Source of the DNA: a virus
IMG/VR virus record: IMGVR_UViG_3300037247_001358
Location: 5,344 to 69,343 of that record
Reading direction: 5' to 3' (one strand)
DNA length: 64,000 nt
The translations under genes and the position numbers were made by a program. Shown here piece by piece: positions 36,337-45,714 of the stretch (position 1 is its first letter; each line of letters starts with the position of its first letter). The notes below the pieces were generated by a model. The model was given only the letters and a program-made list of their open reading frames with translations. It was not told the DNA's origin and did no database searches.

Positions 36337-37209
36337 ATGGGCAGCAGCAACATCGGGCAGACAGACATGGCAAAGTCTCGCAAGATGCGGGAGCAGATGG
36401 AGGACACGTTCTGGTTCCGCGCGCCGAGCGGGCAGGGCAAAACATGGGGGAAAAGCTACGTTCGGATCCTACCAGCCCACACCAACATGGATGGTGTCTT
36501 CTACTGGGGCGTGCCGATCCATTTCCGCATAGGCCCCGGCCAGCAGATCCTTCCTTGTCCCCGCAAGGCGTTCAACCAGCCCTGCCCTATCTGTCAGGCG
36601 GGCTTCACTAAGAGGACAGAAGGTAAAGAGGAAGAGTTCCGAAGCCTAATGCCCTCCTGGCAGGCGTACATGAACGTCGTCGTCCTCAACGAGGACGGTA
36701 CGCCCGCCGAGGATCCCCCGCGCGTGCGGGTGTGGACGTTGAGCAGGAAGTGGCTTGACCAGATCCTCGACGAGGCCGACGAGGTTGAAGGCTTTACCGA
36801 CCTCGACACCGGCCGGGACGTGGCGATCCGACGACGTGGCGAGGAGTTTTCGACCGAGTATCGCATCAAGCTGGCCTCCGAGCCGAGCAAGTTCGACAAC
36901 CCTGTAGCCGAAGAACTCCGGGATCTCCAGACCATCTCTCCCTACGTCGACCAGGCCACGCTCGCTCTAGCCCTAGAAGCGCCGGCGGGTGGCGGGGACC
37001 CGTGGGCTGGCGAGCAACTACCTGCGGGCGGTGCGCGTGAGCCGGATCAGATCACGCAGGGTTCCGGCAGCCGCTTCGGCCCCGACGAGCCGGAAGAGCC
37101 TACGGAGGAGCCCCAGGCTACGGGTGAAGCCCCCAGTGAGGACCAGCAAAGCGTGGCCCGTGAGCGCCTTCAGAGGGCGGCGGCTCAGAAGCCCGCCGAC
37201 GACAAGTAG
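36337..37209 (+). CDS. single-stranded DNA-binding protein (gp32-like)
   Basis: VRILP, H...CP.....CPIC zinc site, G.D..I.R.G....TEY, acidic C-terminal tail. Confidence 0.8.
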   Translation: MGSSNIGQTDMAKSRKMREQMEDTFWFRAPSGQGKTWGKSYVRILPAHTNMDGVFYWGVPIHFRIGPGQQILPCPRKAFNQPCPICQAGFTKRTEGKEEEFRSLMPSWQAYMNVVVLNEDGTPAEDPPRVRVWTLSRKWLDQILDEADEVEGFTDLDTGRDVAIRRRGEEFSTEYRIKLASEPSKFDNPVAEELRDLQTISPYVDQATLALALEAPAGGGDPWAGEQLPAGGAREPDQITQGSGSRFGPDEPEEPTEEPQATGEAPSEDQQSVARERLQRAAAQKPADDK

Positions 37210-37216
37210 GTAGACC

Positions 37217-38239
37217 GTGGCGAAGAGCACAAGCCCCGTTGAGGGGAGGCTCCTCGCTGCTGTCCAGGCAAAGCAGGAGGGGAAGATACAGTCCCAGCTT
37301 GCTAACCGGCCGCTCGACTCCGACGTCGTCGACTGGGTGGACACGCAGGCGGCGAGCCTGAACTACGCGATCGGCAGGCCGGGCATCCCACAGGGGCGCC
37401 TGACCGTCCTCGTGGGCAAGGAGAAGGCGGGCAAGAGCACGGTGGCCTATCACCTTCTTCAGGAGACGCAGCGGAGAGGAGGCGTCGCCATCCTAGTCGA
37501 CGCCGAACGCCGGTACAGCAGAGATCGCGCGGAGCGGATCGGCATCGATCACGACCGTCTGATCTACATGCCCGGTGAGACCGTCCAGTCGACCTTCCAG
37601 GAACTCTACACCTATGTCGAGGTCGTTCGAGACGAGCTACCCGACCAGCTCGTCACCATCGCCTGGGACAGCCTGGCCGGCACGCCCACGGAGGCAAACC
37701 TAAAGGGGGAGATCCGCCCGGCTGAGCACGCCAGGCTGGTCGGCCACTGGTTCCGCGTGCTACTCCCGCTCGTCGCCCGCAAGCGGATCACCTTCGTCAT
37801 GGTCAACCAGCTCCGCACCAAGATGGACATGGGGGGCGGTACATACTTCAGTGGTGGGAGTTCGGACGCGATGATCGCCGAGCGGGCGCTGGACTACCAC
37901 TGCTCACTCAAGGTCCACTTCACCCAGGTCGACAAACTAGGGGACAAGAAGAAGCCGACGGGAATCACGACGAGAGCGGACGTGAGATGGAACACCGTCG
38001 CCCCTCCCTTCCGCAAGGCGTTGGTGCACATCAACTTCCTCGACGGCATCGACCGTGATGCCTGCGCCTTCGAGGCGGCGAAGGATGCGGGGCTGGTAAA
38101 GCAAAGTACGAGCTGGTGGGAGTACCCCGGCTACCCGAAGTTTCAGGGTGGCCACACGAAGAAGTGGTCCGAGATCCTCGGCGGAGACGAGGAGTTGCGG
38201 CGTCTGATCGCCGCCGCTCCGTTGGACTGGCTACCATGA
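37217..38239 (+). CDS. recA: RecA-like recombinase
   Basis: GIP.GR...L.GKEKAGKST, VDAE, WDS, VNQLR. Confidence 0.9.
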   Translation: MAKSTSPVEGRLLAAVQAKQEGKIQSQLANRPLDSDVVDWVDTQAASLNYAIGRPGIPQGRLTVLVGKEKAGKSTVAYHLLQETQRRGGVAILVDAERRYSRDRAERIGIDHDRLIYMPGETVQSTFQELYTYVEVVRDELPDQLVTIAWDSLAGTPTEANLKGEIRPAEHARLVGHWFRVLLPLVARKRITFVMVNQLRTKMDMGGGTYFSGGSSDAMIAERALDYHCSLKVHFTQVDKLGDKKKPTGITTRADVRWNTVAPPFRKALVHINFLDGIDRDACAFEAAKDAGLVKQSTSWWEYPGYPKFQGGHTKKWSEILGGDEELRRLIAAAPLDWLP

Positions 38240-38445
38240 GAAAACACACCGTAGATATGAATGGCGTAGAGTTCGCAACGGCCGATCTGCTTGACATGGT
38301 CGTCACCTTCTTACGAACCAACATCGAGGTGATGCGCTTCGTAAACGTCGGCGGGCGTGGTTTCACCATCGAGATCGGGGCAGAGAATGCACTGCTTGCC
38401 CGTCCGGTACCGCCGGACAGCATCGTTCGCCAGGAGGATCAGTAG
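38236..38445 (+). CDS. hypothetical protein
   Basis: ATGA-coupled to recA. Confidence 0.55.
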   Translation: MRKHTVDMNGVEFATADLLDMVVTFLRTNIEVMRFVNVGGRGFTIEIGAENALLARPVPPDSIVRQEDQ

Positions 38446-38447
38446 CC

Positions 38448-38675
38448 ATGAGCGAAGAGAACGACGTCATCAAGGTATCGGTCAGCGTCAGCCAGAAGGT
38501 GAACCTCGGCAACTACGAAAGCGCCGACGTCTTCACTGCTCTCTCCAACATCCCTACGGGGGCGACGGAGGAACAGATCGAGGCGGCGCTGGAAACAGGG
38601 GAGCTGGTCTTCAACTATGTCAAGGCGGTCATCAGCAGCCGGGTCGAGGAAATCCGGCGGAACATCGGACGTTGA
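38448..38675 (+). CDS. conserved phage protein (NLGNYES motif)
   Basis: KVNLGNYES motif. Confidence 0.7.
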   Translation: MSEENDVIKVSVSVSQKVNLGNYESADVFTALSNIPTGATEEQIEAALETGELVFNYVKAVISSRVEEIRRNIGR

Positions 38676-38688
38676 TAGGAGGTTCATC

Positions 38689-39138
38689 GTGAAGCGTATA
38701 CTAGCTGTCATAGTGGTACTTGGCGCGCTGTTAGGGCTGGCCCTGCTGGCCACGCCCGCACAAGCTACTGACCCAGACTACGAATGCGAAGTGGGCATTA
38801 ACTACAAGACGGGCCAGCCCTGCGGTGGCTCGACCGTCCCCCCACCACCACCAGAGCCTTGCAACATAACACCTGACGGCTGCGTGGATGTAGCCCCCTT
38901 CGACCCGGTGACATGTGGAAGCTGCAATACGCCTGTGCTCTGTGCTACATCCGTATGGTGGGGCGGGGCGTTTGGCTCTTGGCTGTTGGTGGTGGGCGTC
39001 ATGGGTGGGATAGGCTTGCCGCTCTGGCGCCACCGTAAGAAGGGCAGGCTGCCTGTAGACCTGCTGCGGCAACGGATGGAGATAGAAGCGAAGGAGCGAG
39101 CGCGGCGGTTCCGTGAGGCCGAGAAGCCCCAGCCATGA
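38689..39138 (+). CDS. secreted/membrane protein with Cys- and Pro-rich ectodomain
   Basis: Signal peptide (AQA), several Cys, C-terminal TM and basic tail; GTG start with AGGAGG. Confidence 0.65.
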   Translation: MKRILAVIVVLGALLGLALLATPAQATDPDYECEVGINYKTGQPCGGSTVPPPPPEPCNITPDGCVDVAPFDPVTCGSCNTPVLCATSVWWGGAFGSWLLVVGVMGGIGLPLWRHRKKGRLPVDLLRQRMEIEAKERARRFREAEKPQP

Positions 39139-39299
39139 CCGCCCGCGAAAAGCTACTGGAGAAGGCGCTGAAACACGTATGGCCCCGCTATCACGACGCC
39201 TTGCACTGGCGTCTACAGAGAGGGCGTTGCGAGGACGGCATGTGTCCGACGATTAAAAAGCTGGTAGGAAAGGCCCCCAGCCATGACCGCCCGCGATGA
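39135..39299 (+). CDS. small hypothetical protein flanked by 22-bp direct repeats
   Basis: MTAREKLLEKALKH...; below ORF-track cut-off. Confidence 0.5.
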   Translation: MTAREKLLEKALKHVWPRYHDALHWRLQRGRCEDGMCPTIKKLVGKAPSHDRPR

Positions 39300-39684
39300 C
39301 CAGGCCCTAGAGGCGCTGAGGGAGCTGGACGCGGCGGCGAGTCCGGGGCCGTGGCGTCCAATGCAGAACCTAGCTGCTGGCCAACACACGACCTTGGTGG
39401 TGGCGGCTGGTGGCCCAAGCATCGGGGAAATGGATACGCCACCTGATGCCCGCCTCGCCGCACTCTCCAAGGGCCACCTGCTGCGGGTGATGGAGGCGCT
39501 GGAGATGCAAGAGGAAGTGGACGCTCATTGGGGGCATTGCGACGGCAGCGGTAAGCAACCAAGCCATTCTGACCATTGGAGGGAGTGGACAGCTATGTTC
39601 CACAGGGCTGTTGAGCTTCGCAAAGAAGCCCTCGCCGCCCTAGCCGACGCCATCCTGGAACCGGAGGAGGAAGCCCATGCCTGA
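39283..39684 (+). CDS. Ead/Ea22-like hypothetical protein
   Basis: LRELDAAASPGPW...DARL pattern. Confidence 0.65.
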   Translation: MTARDDQALEALRELDAAASPGPWRPMQNLAAGQHTTLVVAAGGPSIGEMDTPPDARLAALSKGHLLRVMEALEMQEEVDAHWGHCDGSGKQPSHSDHWREWTAMFHRAVELRKEALAALADAILEPEEEAHA

Positions 39685-39994
39685 GCACAGCCCGCTGCCG
39701 ATGCTCAAGTGTGCCCAAACAGAGTCTGGTGATTGGTGGCTATACGGCAAGGGTGAGGATGGCGTAACTCACGCCTTCGCCACTGCGCCAGATGAGGGAA
39801 CGGCCAGGGCTCTCGTCTCCGCCGTGAACCAGGCCCCGCTGCTGGGGGAGCTGGAGGAGGCGCTGCGCTCCCTGAGCCCTGTATGGCATCGCGTGCGCCA
39901 CAAGGGAGACTACGCCTCGTGTAATCTCCGTCTCTGCCGAGGTCGCCGCGACCTCCTCCTCCGCGTCCGCCAGGCCAGGGAAGGGGCACCGTGA
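39677..39994 (+). CDS. hypothetical protein
   Basis: GGAGGAGG SD, coupled. Confidence 0.6.
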   Translation: MPEHSPLPMLKCAQTESGDWWLYGKGEDGVTHAFATAPDEGTARALVSAVNQAPLLGELEEALRSLSPVWHRVRHKGDYASCNLRLCRGRRDLLLRVRQAREGAP

Positions 39995-40602
39995 TGTTGA
40001 CCTTCGACCCTGCTACCCACTCGTTCACGCTGGATGGTCTGTCTATCCCCAGCGTCACCCATGTCCTGGCTCCGCTCTCGGACAGCGATTTCACCTACCA
40101 GCAATACATGGAGGCGGCCCGGCGCCGTGGCGTAGCTGTCCATGAGGCGACAGAGCGATACGACCGGATGCGGGGGGCGAACAAGGTGTGGAATCCTAGC
40201 GACGACGAGGAGATCGTAGTGCCCTACCTTGCCGCCTGGCAGAAGTTCCTAGACGACACGGGCTTCGAGGTCCACACGATCGAGGAGATAGTGTCCTCGA
40301 AGCGCCATCGGTACGCGGGCATCCTAGACCGTCTTGGTGTGTTGAACGGCCGGCGGGCAGTCATCGACATCAAGACGACCGTGGCCATCAAACCCGTGAT
40401 GGGGGTTCAGCTCGCCGCGTATCAAGCAGCCTACAACGAAGGCAGGCGGAAAGCCGAGCAGTACCCACAGCGGTTCGTCTGCCAGCTCCGTAAAGATGGG
40501 AACTACCGGCTGGAGGAGTTTCGTGACCGGGCCGATCTGACTGTGTTTCTGGCGTTGCTCACGATCTGGAATTGGAAGGAGTTGCATCATGGCAAAGAAT
40601 GA
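39991..40602 (+). CDS. PD-(D/E)XK exonuclease-like protein
   Basis: PSVT, RG..VH, YAG.LD, IDIKT, QLAAY. Confidence 0.85.
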   Translation: MMLTFDPATHSFTLDGLSIPSVTHVLAPLSDSDFTYQQYMEAARRRGVAVHEATERYDRMRGANKVWNPSDDEEIVVPYLAAWQKFLDDTGFEVHTIEEIVSSKRHRYAGILDRLGVLNGRRAVIDIKTTVAIKPVMGVQLAAYQAAYNEGRRKAEQYPQRFVCQLRKDGNYRLEEFRDRADLTVFLALLTIWNWKELHHGKE

Positions 40603-40891
40603 GGAGGGGATGATGGAAGCTCCACTGAGTCATGGTGTCCTTAGAGAGCGCCGTTTCGTTGTTGTGCTCAGCGCAACAGGTGCAAACCTCAAAGTCCGCT
40701 ATGTCGGAGATCTCTGGGAGAACGCCTTTCCACCTGGAATCGAGGGCAGCGACGAGGAGTTCATCGAGAAGCTCATCGCAGGTTTCAAGGCCGATGGTCT
40801 TCCAGAGAAAGGGCGGCTCCGGCTTTACCAAGCTGACTACACCAAAGTCTGGGACTCGGAGGAGGAAGAAGACAATGCCGAAGGACACTAA
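40589..40891 (+). CDS. hypothetical protein
   Basis: AAGGAG SD, coupled. Confidence 0.55.
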   Translation: MAKNEEGMMEAPLSHGVLRERRFVVVLSATGANLKVRYVGDLWENAFPPGIEGSDEEFIEKLIAGFKADGLPEKGRLRLYQADYTKVWDSEEEEDNAEGH

Positions 40892-41588
40892 AGGGCCAAC
40901 AATCCTCGTCGACGAAGCAGCGACGGAGGCTCAGGGGATGGAGGAGGTCACGGCGGCCGTCCTTGCCCAGGCCGAGCAGTTCGAGATCGTGACTCAGGAG
41001 CACTACGTCGGGAGCGCGGATCTCCTGAAGCAGATCAAGTCCAAGCAGAAGGAGTTGGACGACCTACGGCGTAGCATGACCCGGCCATTGGACGACGCCA
41101 AGTCTCGGATCATGAAGCTGTTCGGACCGGCAGCGGAGCGGTTGGATCAGGCCGAAATTGTGCTCAAGCACGCCATGATCGACTTCACGCGGGAGCAAGA
41201 GCATCTTCGCCAGGAGGCCGAACGGGTTGCGCGGGAGGCCGCCGAGAAGGAGGCCGAGAGGCTCCGCCAGCGGGCGGAGAGGGCGCGGGCTAAGGGTAAG
41301 GACGACAAGGCGGAGGACCTGGAGGAGCAGGCCGAGACCATACCGGTTCCCATCGTCCCGTCCTCGGTACCCACCACCTCCGGCGTAGCGTTTCGGACGA
41401 CGTGGCGCGCAGAGGTCTACGACCCGAAGGCGCTAGTGATTGCCTGCGCCAAGGGCCAGGCCCCTCTCGCCCTCTTGCAGCCCAACATGACCGTCCTAAA
41501 CCAGCAGGCCCGCTCCCTGAAGAAGGAACTCCAAATACCGGGAGTTCGGGCCGTTTCCGACGAGGGTGTAGCGGCGAGAGGAGCATGA
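40875..41588 (+). CDS. coiled-coil phage protein
   Basis: Long charged coiled coil, C-terminal IPGVR motif; typical neighbour of recombination genes. Confidence 0.7.
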   Translation: MPKDTKGPTILVDEAATEAQGMEEVTAAVLAQAEQFEIVTQEHYVGSADLLKQIKSKQKELDDLRRSMTRPLDDAKSRIMKLFGPAAERLDQAEIVLKHAMIDFTREQEHLRQEAERVAREAAEKEAERLRQRAERARAKGKDDKAEDLEEQAETIPVPIVPSSVPTTSGVAFRTTWRAEVYDPKALVIACAKGQAPLALLQPNMTVLNQQARSLKKELQIPGVRAVSDEGVAARGA

Positions 41589-41620
41589 TAGCGGCTCCGC
41601 TCAGCCAGGGAGGTTGACAT

Positions 41621-41794
41621 ATGAAACCCCTAACGCCGCAGCAGTGCAAGGAGCAGGGAGGCCACTGTTGGCCCTTTGCGAACTTCACGACCTTCATCGC
41701 TAGCGATGAGGTGAGAGAGGAAAGGTGCAGGCACTGTGCTGCCCTCCGCCGATTCATTCCTAGCCGGGAGGAGTTGATCGAGGACGCGCCATGA
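41621..41794 (+). CDS. small Cys/His protein
   Basis: GGAGG SD; C...GGHCW...CRHC. Confidence 0.5.
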   Translation: MKPLTPQQCKEQGGHCWPFANFTTFIASDEVREERCRHCAALRRFIPSREELIEDAP

Positions 41795-42036
41795 CCGCCC
41801 TGCCTCCAGGAGTTCGCCCAGTAAGGCTTAGGGCTGGGATCGTCGCCTACGTCCTGAGACCCGAGACAGCGATATGCCCGCAGTGGTGGGATGGCGACCG
41901 CTTGGTTGTTCGCCTGCTACATGGCTGGTGGTGCCGGCGCTGCAAACAGAACACCCGCGAACATCGCGCGCATGGTAAGTGGCTGAAAGAAGCCGCGATG
42001 GCGAGCCTTAGAGAAACAGAGGAAGAGAGAGCATGA
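41791..42036 (+). CDS. small zinc-binding-like protein
   Basis: Coupled ORF with CRRC...H..H. Confidence 0.55.
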   Translation: MTALPPGVRPVRLRAGIVAYVLRPETAICPQWWDGDRLVVRLLHGWWCRRCKQNTREHRAHGKWLKEAAMASLRETEEERA

Positions 42037-42671
42037 CCAATGCCGTCATCGCCGTTCCCGCCTGGCGCTCCATCGAAGTCCTCACCTGCCTGAGCCTGCT
42101 GGAGGCCAGCAGGCTCGGATATGGGATCATGCTCCAGTGGAACGACGCCCTTGTCCAGCGCTCCCGCGCGCGGCTCGTCACCCGCTTCCTCCGGGAGTAC
42201 CCAGTGGCAGACACGATGGTCTTCCTCGACAGCGACATCGTCTTCGACATCCGCCACCTCATCGAGCTGATCCGGGAGAGCCTGCAACGGAAAACGGTTG
42301 TCGGCGCCCCCGTGGCGCTCAGGGTGCAGGGCCGGACGAACGTCACGGCGTTGCCCGGACATCCCGTCCGCTTTGGGCCGGAGGAGAAACCCGTCGAGGT
42401 CAAGGCGATCGGCACCGCCTTCATGGCCATCCCCCGTCATGTGCTGGAGGCCCTCGTGAAGCAGCATGGTCTCTGCAACGAGACGACGGATGACATCCCC
42501 TTCTCGCCGATCTTCGACCCGATACGTGAGGGCGGCACCTGGACCGCTGAGGACCACTCCTTCTGCAATCGGGTTCGGGAGGCGGGCTTCGAGATCTGGG
42601 CGCTGCCGGACATCCAGGTGGGGCACATCGGGACGCAGGAGTTCCGCATCAGCAAGGAGGACAAGGCTTAA
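42033..42671 (+). CDS. GT-A fold glycosyltransferase-like protein
   Basis: FLDSD (DxD), GTAFMAI, EDHSFC.R, VGH. Confidence 0.8.
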   Translation: MTNAVIAVPAWRSIEVLTCLSLLEASRLGYGIMLQWNDALVQRSRARLVTRFLREYPVADTMVFLDSDIVFDIRHLIELIRESLQRKTVVGAPVALRVQGRTNVTALPGHPVRFGPEEKPVEVKAIGTAFMAIPRHVLEALVKQHGLCNETTDDIPFSPIFDPIREGGTWTAEDHSFCNRVREAGFEIWALPDIQVGHIGTQEFRISKEDKA

Positions 42672-43078
42672 TGATGGATATAAACCGTCTCAACCGTCTC
42701 CTGGTGGCCATAGAGGCATGGTGGCGTAGGCTCCTCTCTTCAGCCCTCCAACAGGACGAAAAGGTGAGCGATCTCCACAGGCTTCCGCAGTGGCGCGGGT
42801 GGGCCGGCCCTATCATAACGCGAGGGGACAAGGTCGCCCAGCTCTTCACAGACAAGGAGGGGACGGTCTATGAGGTCGTTGAGCCGGGTGCGCGCGGCGA
42901 CCCCTTCACAGTGCTCCTTCGCAGGGAGCATTCCTACGAGGCGATGTTCTACTACTTCAGCCAAGCCCTAGCGGCCCTAAAAGAGGGCGATTACGAACGG
43001 GTCGAGTCCGGCCTAATACAAGCTAGAGGGAAGGCCGTTGACGCGCATCACTTCCAGATAGAGGACAAGGCGCAATGA
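42671..43078 (+). CDS. hypothetical protein
   Basis: Coupled ORF. Confidence 0.6.
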   Translation: MMDINRLNRLLVAIEAWWRRLLSSALQQDEKVSDLHRLPQWRGWAGPIITRGDKVAQLFTDKEGTVYEVVEPGARGDPFTVLLRREHSYEAMFYYFSQALAALKEGDYERVESGLIQARGKAVDAHHFQIEDKAQ

Positions 43079-43596
43079 AGGTGTGGGGAGGCATCGATCC
43101 GGGGAATGCTGGCTGCCTCGCTCTCATCTTCGAGATCGGTCTCGAAATCGAGTTTCACGACGCCCCTACGGCCGTCGTCAAGTCCGGCAAGCGCAACCGC
43201 ACCGTCCTCGTCCCACAGGAGATGGCACACAGGCTCCTCGATATTGATCTCAATGAGGACTACCCCGGCTTCCACGTCTACGTCGAACAGGTCTCGGCCA
43301 TGCCCAAGCAAGGGGTCTCATCGTCGTTCAACTTCGGGATGGGCTACGGCATGTGGATAGGGATACTTGCCGCCCTCCGAATACCCTACACGCTCGTCAC
43401 CCCGAACCGCTGGAAGAAGGAGATGATGGCGGGGATGGGCAAGGAGAAGGAGGCGTCCTGTGTCAGGGCGGCGCAGCTCTTCCCCGGTGCTAGCGAACGG
43501 CTCCAACGCCCAAAGCGTGGTGGAGGTGTCGTCTACTTAGACGGTAGGGGGGACGCCCTCCTCCTCGCTGCCCTTTGCAGGAAGGAACAGCCATGA
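43075..43596 (+). CDS. RuvC-like Holliday junction resolvase
   Basis: GIDPG, VEQV, QGVSSSFNFG, P..WKK, DALLLA. Confidence 0.88.
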   Translation: MKVWGGIDPGNAGCLALIFEIGLEIEFHDAPTAVVKSGKRNRTVLVPQEMAHRLLDIDLNEDYPGFHVYVEQVSAMPKQGVSSSFNFGMGYGMWIGILAALRIPYTLVTPNRWKKEMMAGMGKEKEASCVRAAQLFPGASERLQRPKRGGGVVYLDGRGDALLLAALCRKEQP

Positions 43597-45149
43597 AGTT
43601 TGAGCTAGGTACAGGCATCGAGTGCGACCTCGACATCCTCCTGCGATCGCGGCTGCTGATCCAGGCAATGTCCGGCGCGGGCAAGTCGTGGCTGATCCGA
43701 CGCATCCTCGAGCAGACATTCCCCTCGGTTCAGCACCTCGTCTTTGACTCGGAGGGGGACTTCAAGACGCTACGCGAGGAGTTCCCCTACCTCCTGGTAG
43801 CCAACGATGGTGGCGACATCCCCGCATCCGCCGAGACAGCAGGGCTGCTGGCCGAGAAGCTGCTGGAGCTGAGTGTCCCTGCTATCCTCGACATCTCTGG
43901 GCTGCCGAGCGGGGACGATGGCGGTGAGCGGGCGCTCTTCGTCGCCAACTTCCTCCGTGGCCTGCTCGACGCACCGCAGCGGTTCTGGCACGACGCCCTC
44001 GTCGTCCTCGATGAGGCGCAGCTCTTCGCTCCACAGACGTACAACGTCGTTAGTCGCAAGACCGTCAACGACGCCGCCGGGCTGGTACGCAAGCGTGGTC
44101 TTGGCCTTGTGCTAGCAACGAACCGTCTGTCCGAGCTACACAAGACGGCAAGCGCCCACCTTGCCAACAAGCTGATCGGCTGCTCGATGGGGATCGATGC
44201 CGATAGCGCCGCTCGTCAGCTTGGGATGAGGCGGCAAGAGGCGACAGCTCTTCAGACGTTGGAGGAAGGAGACTTCTTCGCCTTCGGTCCCTCCATCAGC
44301 AAGCAGGTTGTCCGGCTACACGTCGGCCCCGTACGCACCACGCACCCATCGCCCGGCGGTAACCGCAGCGTACCGACCCCATCGACGCCGGAACAGATCA
44401 AGTCGATCGTTGCAGAACTAGCAGCTCTCCAGCCTCCCCCGGAGGACACACCTGATCCGGCGACTCCATCGAAGCAGATCCCTTGTGACCACCAGCAGGA
44501 GATCGACAAGCTCAAGGAGCAGGTTGGGCACAACCACGACCTCATGCGGCAGTCGAATGAGGTGGTAGCAGCGATGCGAGAGCGGGAAGAGGAGGTGAAA
44601 CGCTTCCAAGAAGCCTTCCGCAAGTTCTTCAAGGACTTCGCCCCCATGTACCAGATGACACGAGACGATGACGGAAACGAGAACATCGAACAGATCGCCC
44701 CGGCGGTAGACGAGGAGGCCATCGTCCAGAAGATCCTCGCCCGCCTACCTGCCGACGGCCATACTCCAGTTCAGGTGACGCCGCCCGAAGCCCTCCGCAA
44801 GAAGTACCTCAACGAGGCCGTCGACCGCACCTACGAAAAGATTGCGGCTGTTGGTGACAAGCCACGCCGGGCGATGGAGGTGCTCCTCTCGAACCCTGTC
44901 TTCTGGTCCACGGGATCGATAACGAAGGCCGTAGGCGCGGGATCCGGGGGCACGCAGATGCAGAATTGGCGTGAGGCCCTCAAGGAACTCCTGGCCCTTG
45001 GCCTCGTCAAGAAGGGTGGGAACGGTGGGACCGAATACAAGGCGGACGTCGAGGGGTTCGTCCGTGCCGAACTCTCCGTTCACAGCGTCACCGACCAGGA
45101 GGTCGAGGATGTCGCTAACCACGTCCTGGCGAAGGTGGCCGCCGCATGA
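43593..45149 (+). CDS. HerA/FtsK-like P-loop ATPase (DUF87-type) with C-terminal wHTH-like domain
   Basis: AMSGAGKS, FDSEGDF, LDEAQLFAP, RKRG. Confidence 0.85.
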   Translation: MKFELGTGIECDLDILLRSRLLIQAMSGAGKSWLIRRILEQTFPSVQHLVFDSEGDFKTLREEFPYLLVANDGGDIPASAETAGLLAEKLLELSVPAILDISGLPSGDDGGERALFVANFLRGLLDAPQRFWHDALVVLDEAQLFAPQTYNVVSRKTVNDAAGLVRKRGLGLVLATNRLSELHKTASAHLANKLIGCSMGIDADSAARQLGMRRQEATALQTLEEGDFFAFGPSISKQVVRLHVGPVRTTHPSPGGNRSVPTPSTPEQIKSIVAELAALQPPPEDTPDPATPSKQIPCDHQQEIDKLKEQVGHNHDLMRQSNEVVAAMREREEEVKRFQEAFRKFFKDFAPMYQMTRDDDGNENIEQIAPAVDEEAIVQKILARLPADGHTPVQVTPPEALRKKYLNEAVDRTYEKIAAVGDKPRRAMEVLLSNPVFWSTGSITKAVGAGSGGTQMQNWREALKELLALGLVKKGGNGGTEYKADVEGFVRAELSVHSVTDQEVEDVANHVLAKVAAA

Positions 45150-45373
45150 CCGATCTTGAGCAGGCCGAGCGAGAGCTAAACGAGGCCGTCTACATCCTCG
45201 TAGCGATCGTTGCGAGAGAGGATTCGCTACGCCGGGGTGGTGCTCTTGAGTATTACGCGGAGAAGCGGCGGGCCTACGGCGCAGCCTGCCACACGATCAA
45301 GTGCGACCTCTGCCGTAGCGTCAGGCACGCGGACGAGTGCTGGGAGCGGAAGCTCATCCTGGGAGAGGTGTGA
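45146..45373 (+). CDS. small Cys/His protein
   Basis: ATGA-coupled. Confidence 0.55.
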   Translation: MTDLEQAERELNEAVYILVAIVAREDSLRRGGALEYYAEKRRAYGAACHTIKCDLCRSVRHADECWERKLILGEV

Positions 45374-45714
45374 TGGCTACTCAAGAGCCCTGCTTAGTCC
45401 ACGGGCCACAGCCCATTCCTCCCCATCGAGCAGGGCGGTTCCTCAAGCTAATCTGTTGCGTCCACCTCGATCAGCAGTCGGTCGTCCTCTATCGACAGTT
45501 CCCTCCTTGGGGGGACACTATACACCGATACCCTTGGAGCTTGCGGTGGGAACTACCTTATCCTCCCCCAGACGAGGACAAGTTACGTGAGAGCTACCAC
45601 ATTGAGTTTGCTGACGAGCGAATAGCGCAGGCCATCTTCGAGCACTGTCGACGGGAGATGCTGAGCGACGCCACACCCAACTCCGCTAGGAACTGGACGG
45701 CGTTGCTAATATGA
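45373..45714 (+). CDS. hypothetical protein
   Basis: TGATG-coupled, GAGG SD. Confidence 0.55.
   Translation: MATQEPCLVHGPQPIPPHRAGRFLKLICCVHLDQQSVVLYRQFPPWGDTIHRYPWSLRWELPYPPPDEDKLRESYHIEFADERIAQAIFEHCRREMLSDATPNSARNWTALLI

Noticed and set aside
36988-36997. GGTGGCGGGG in ssb as an antisense target of the hairpin loops
   Set aside because: A 10-nt GC-rich match within a coding region; similar matches occur elsewhere on either strand, consistent with chance
39991-40602. Cas4 / CRISPR-associated gene
   Set aside because: Lacks the four Fe-S cysteines; no cas genes or array nearby; ordinary phage PD-(D/E)XK nuclease
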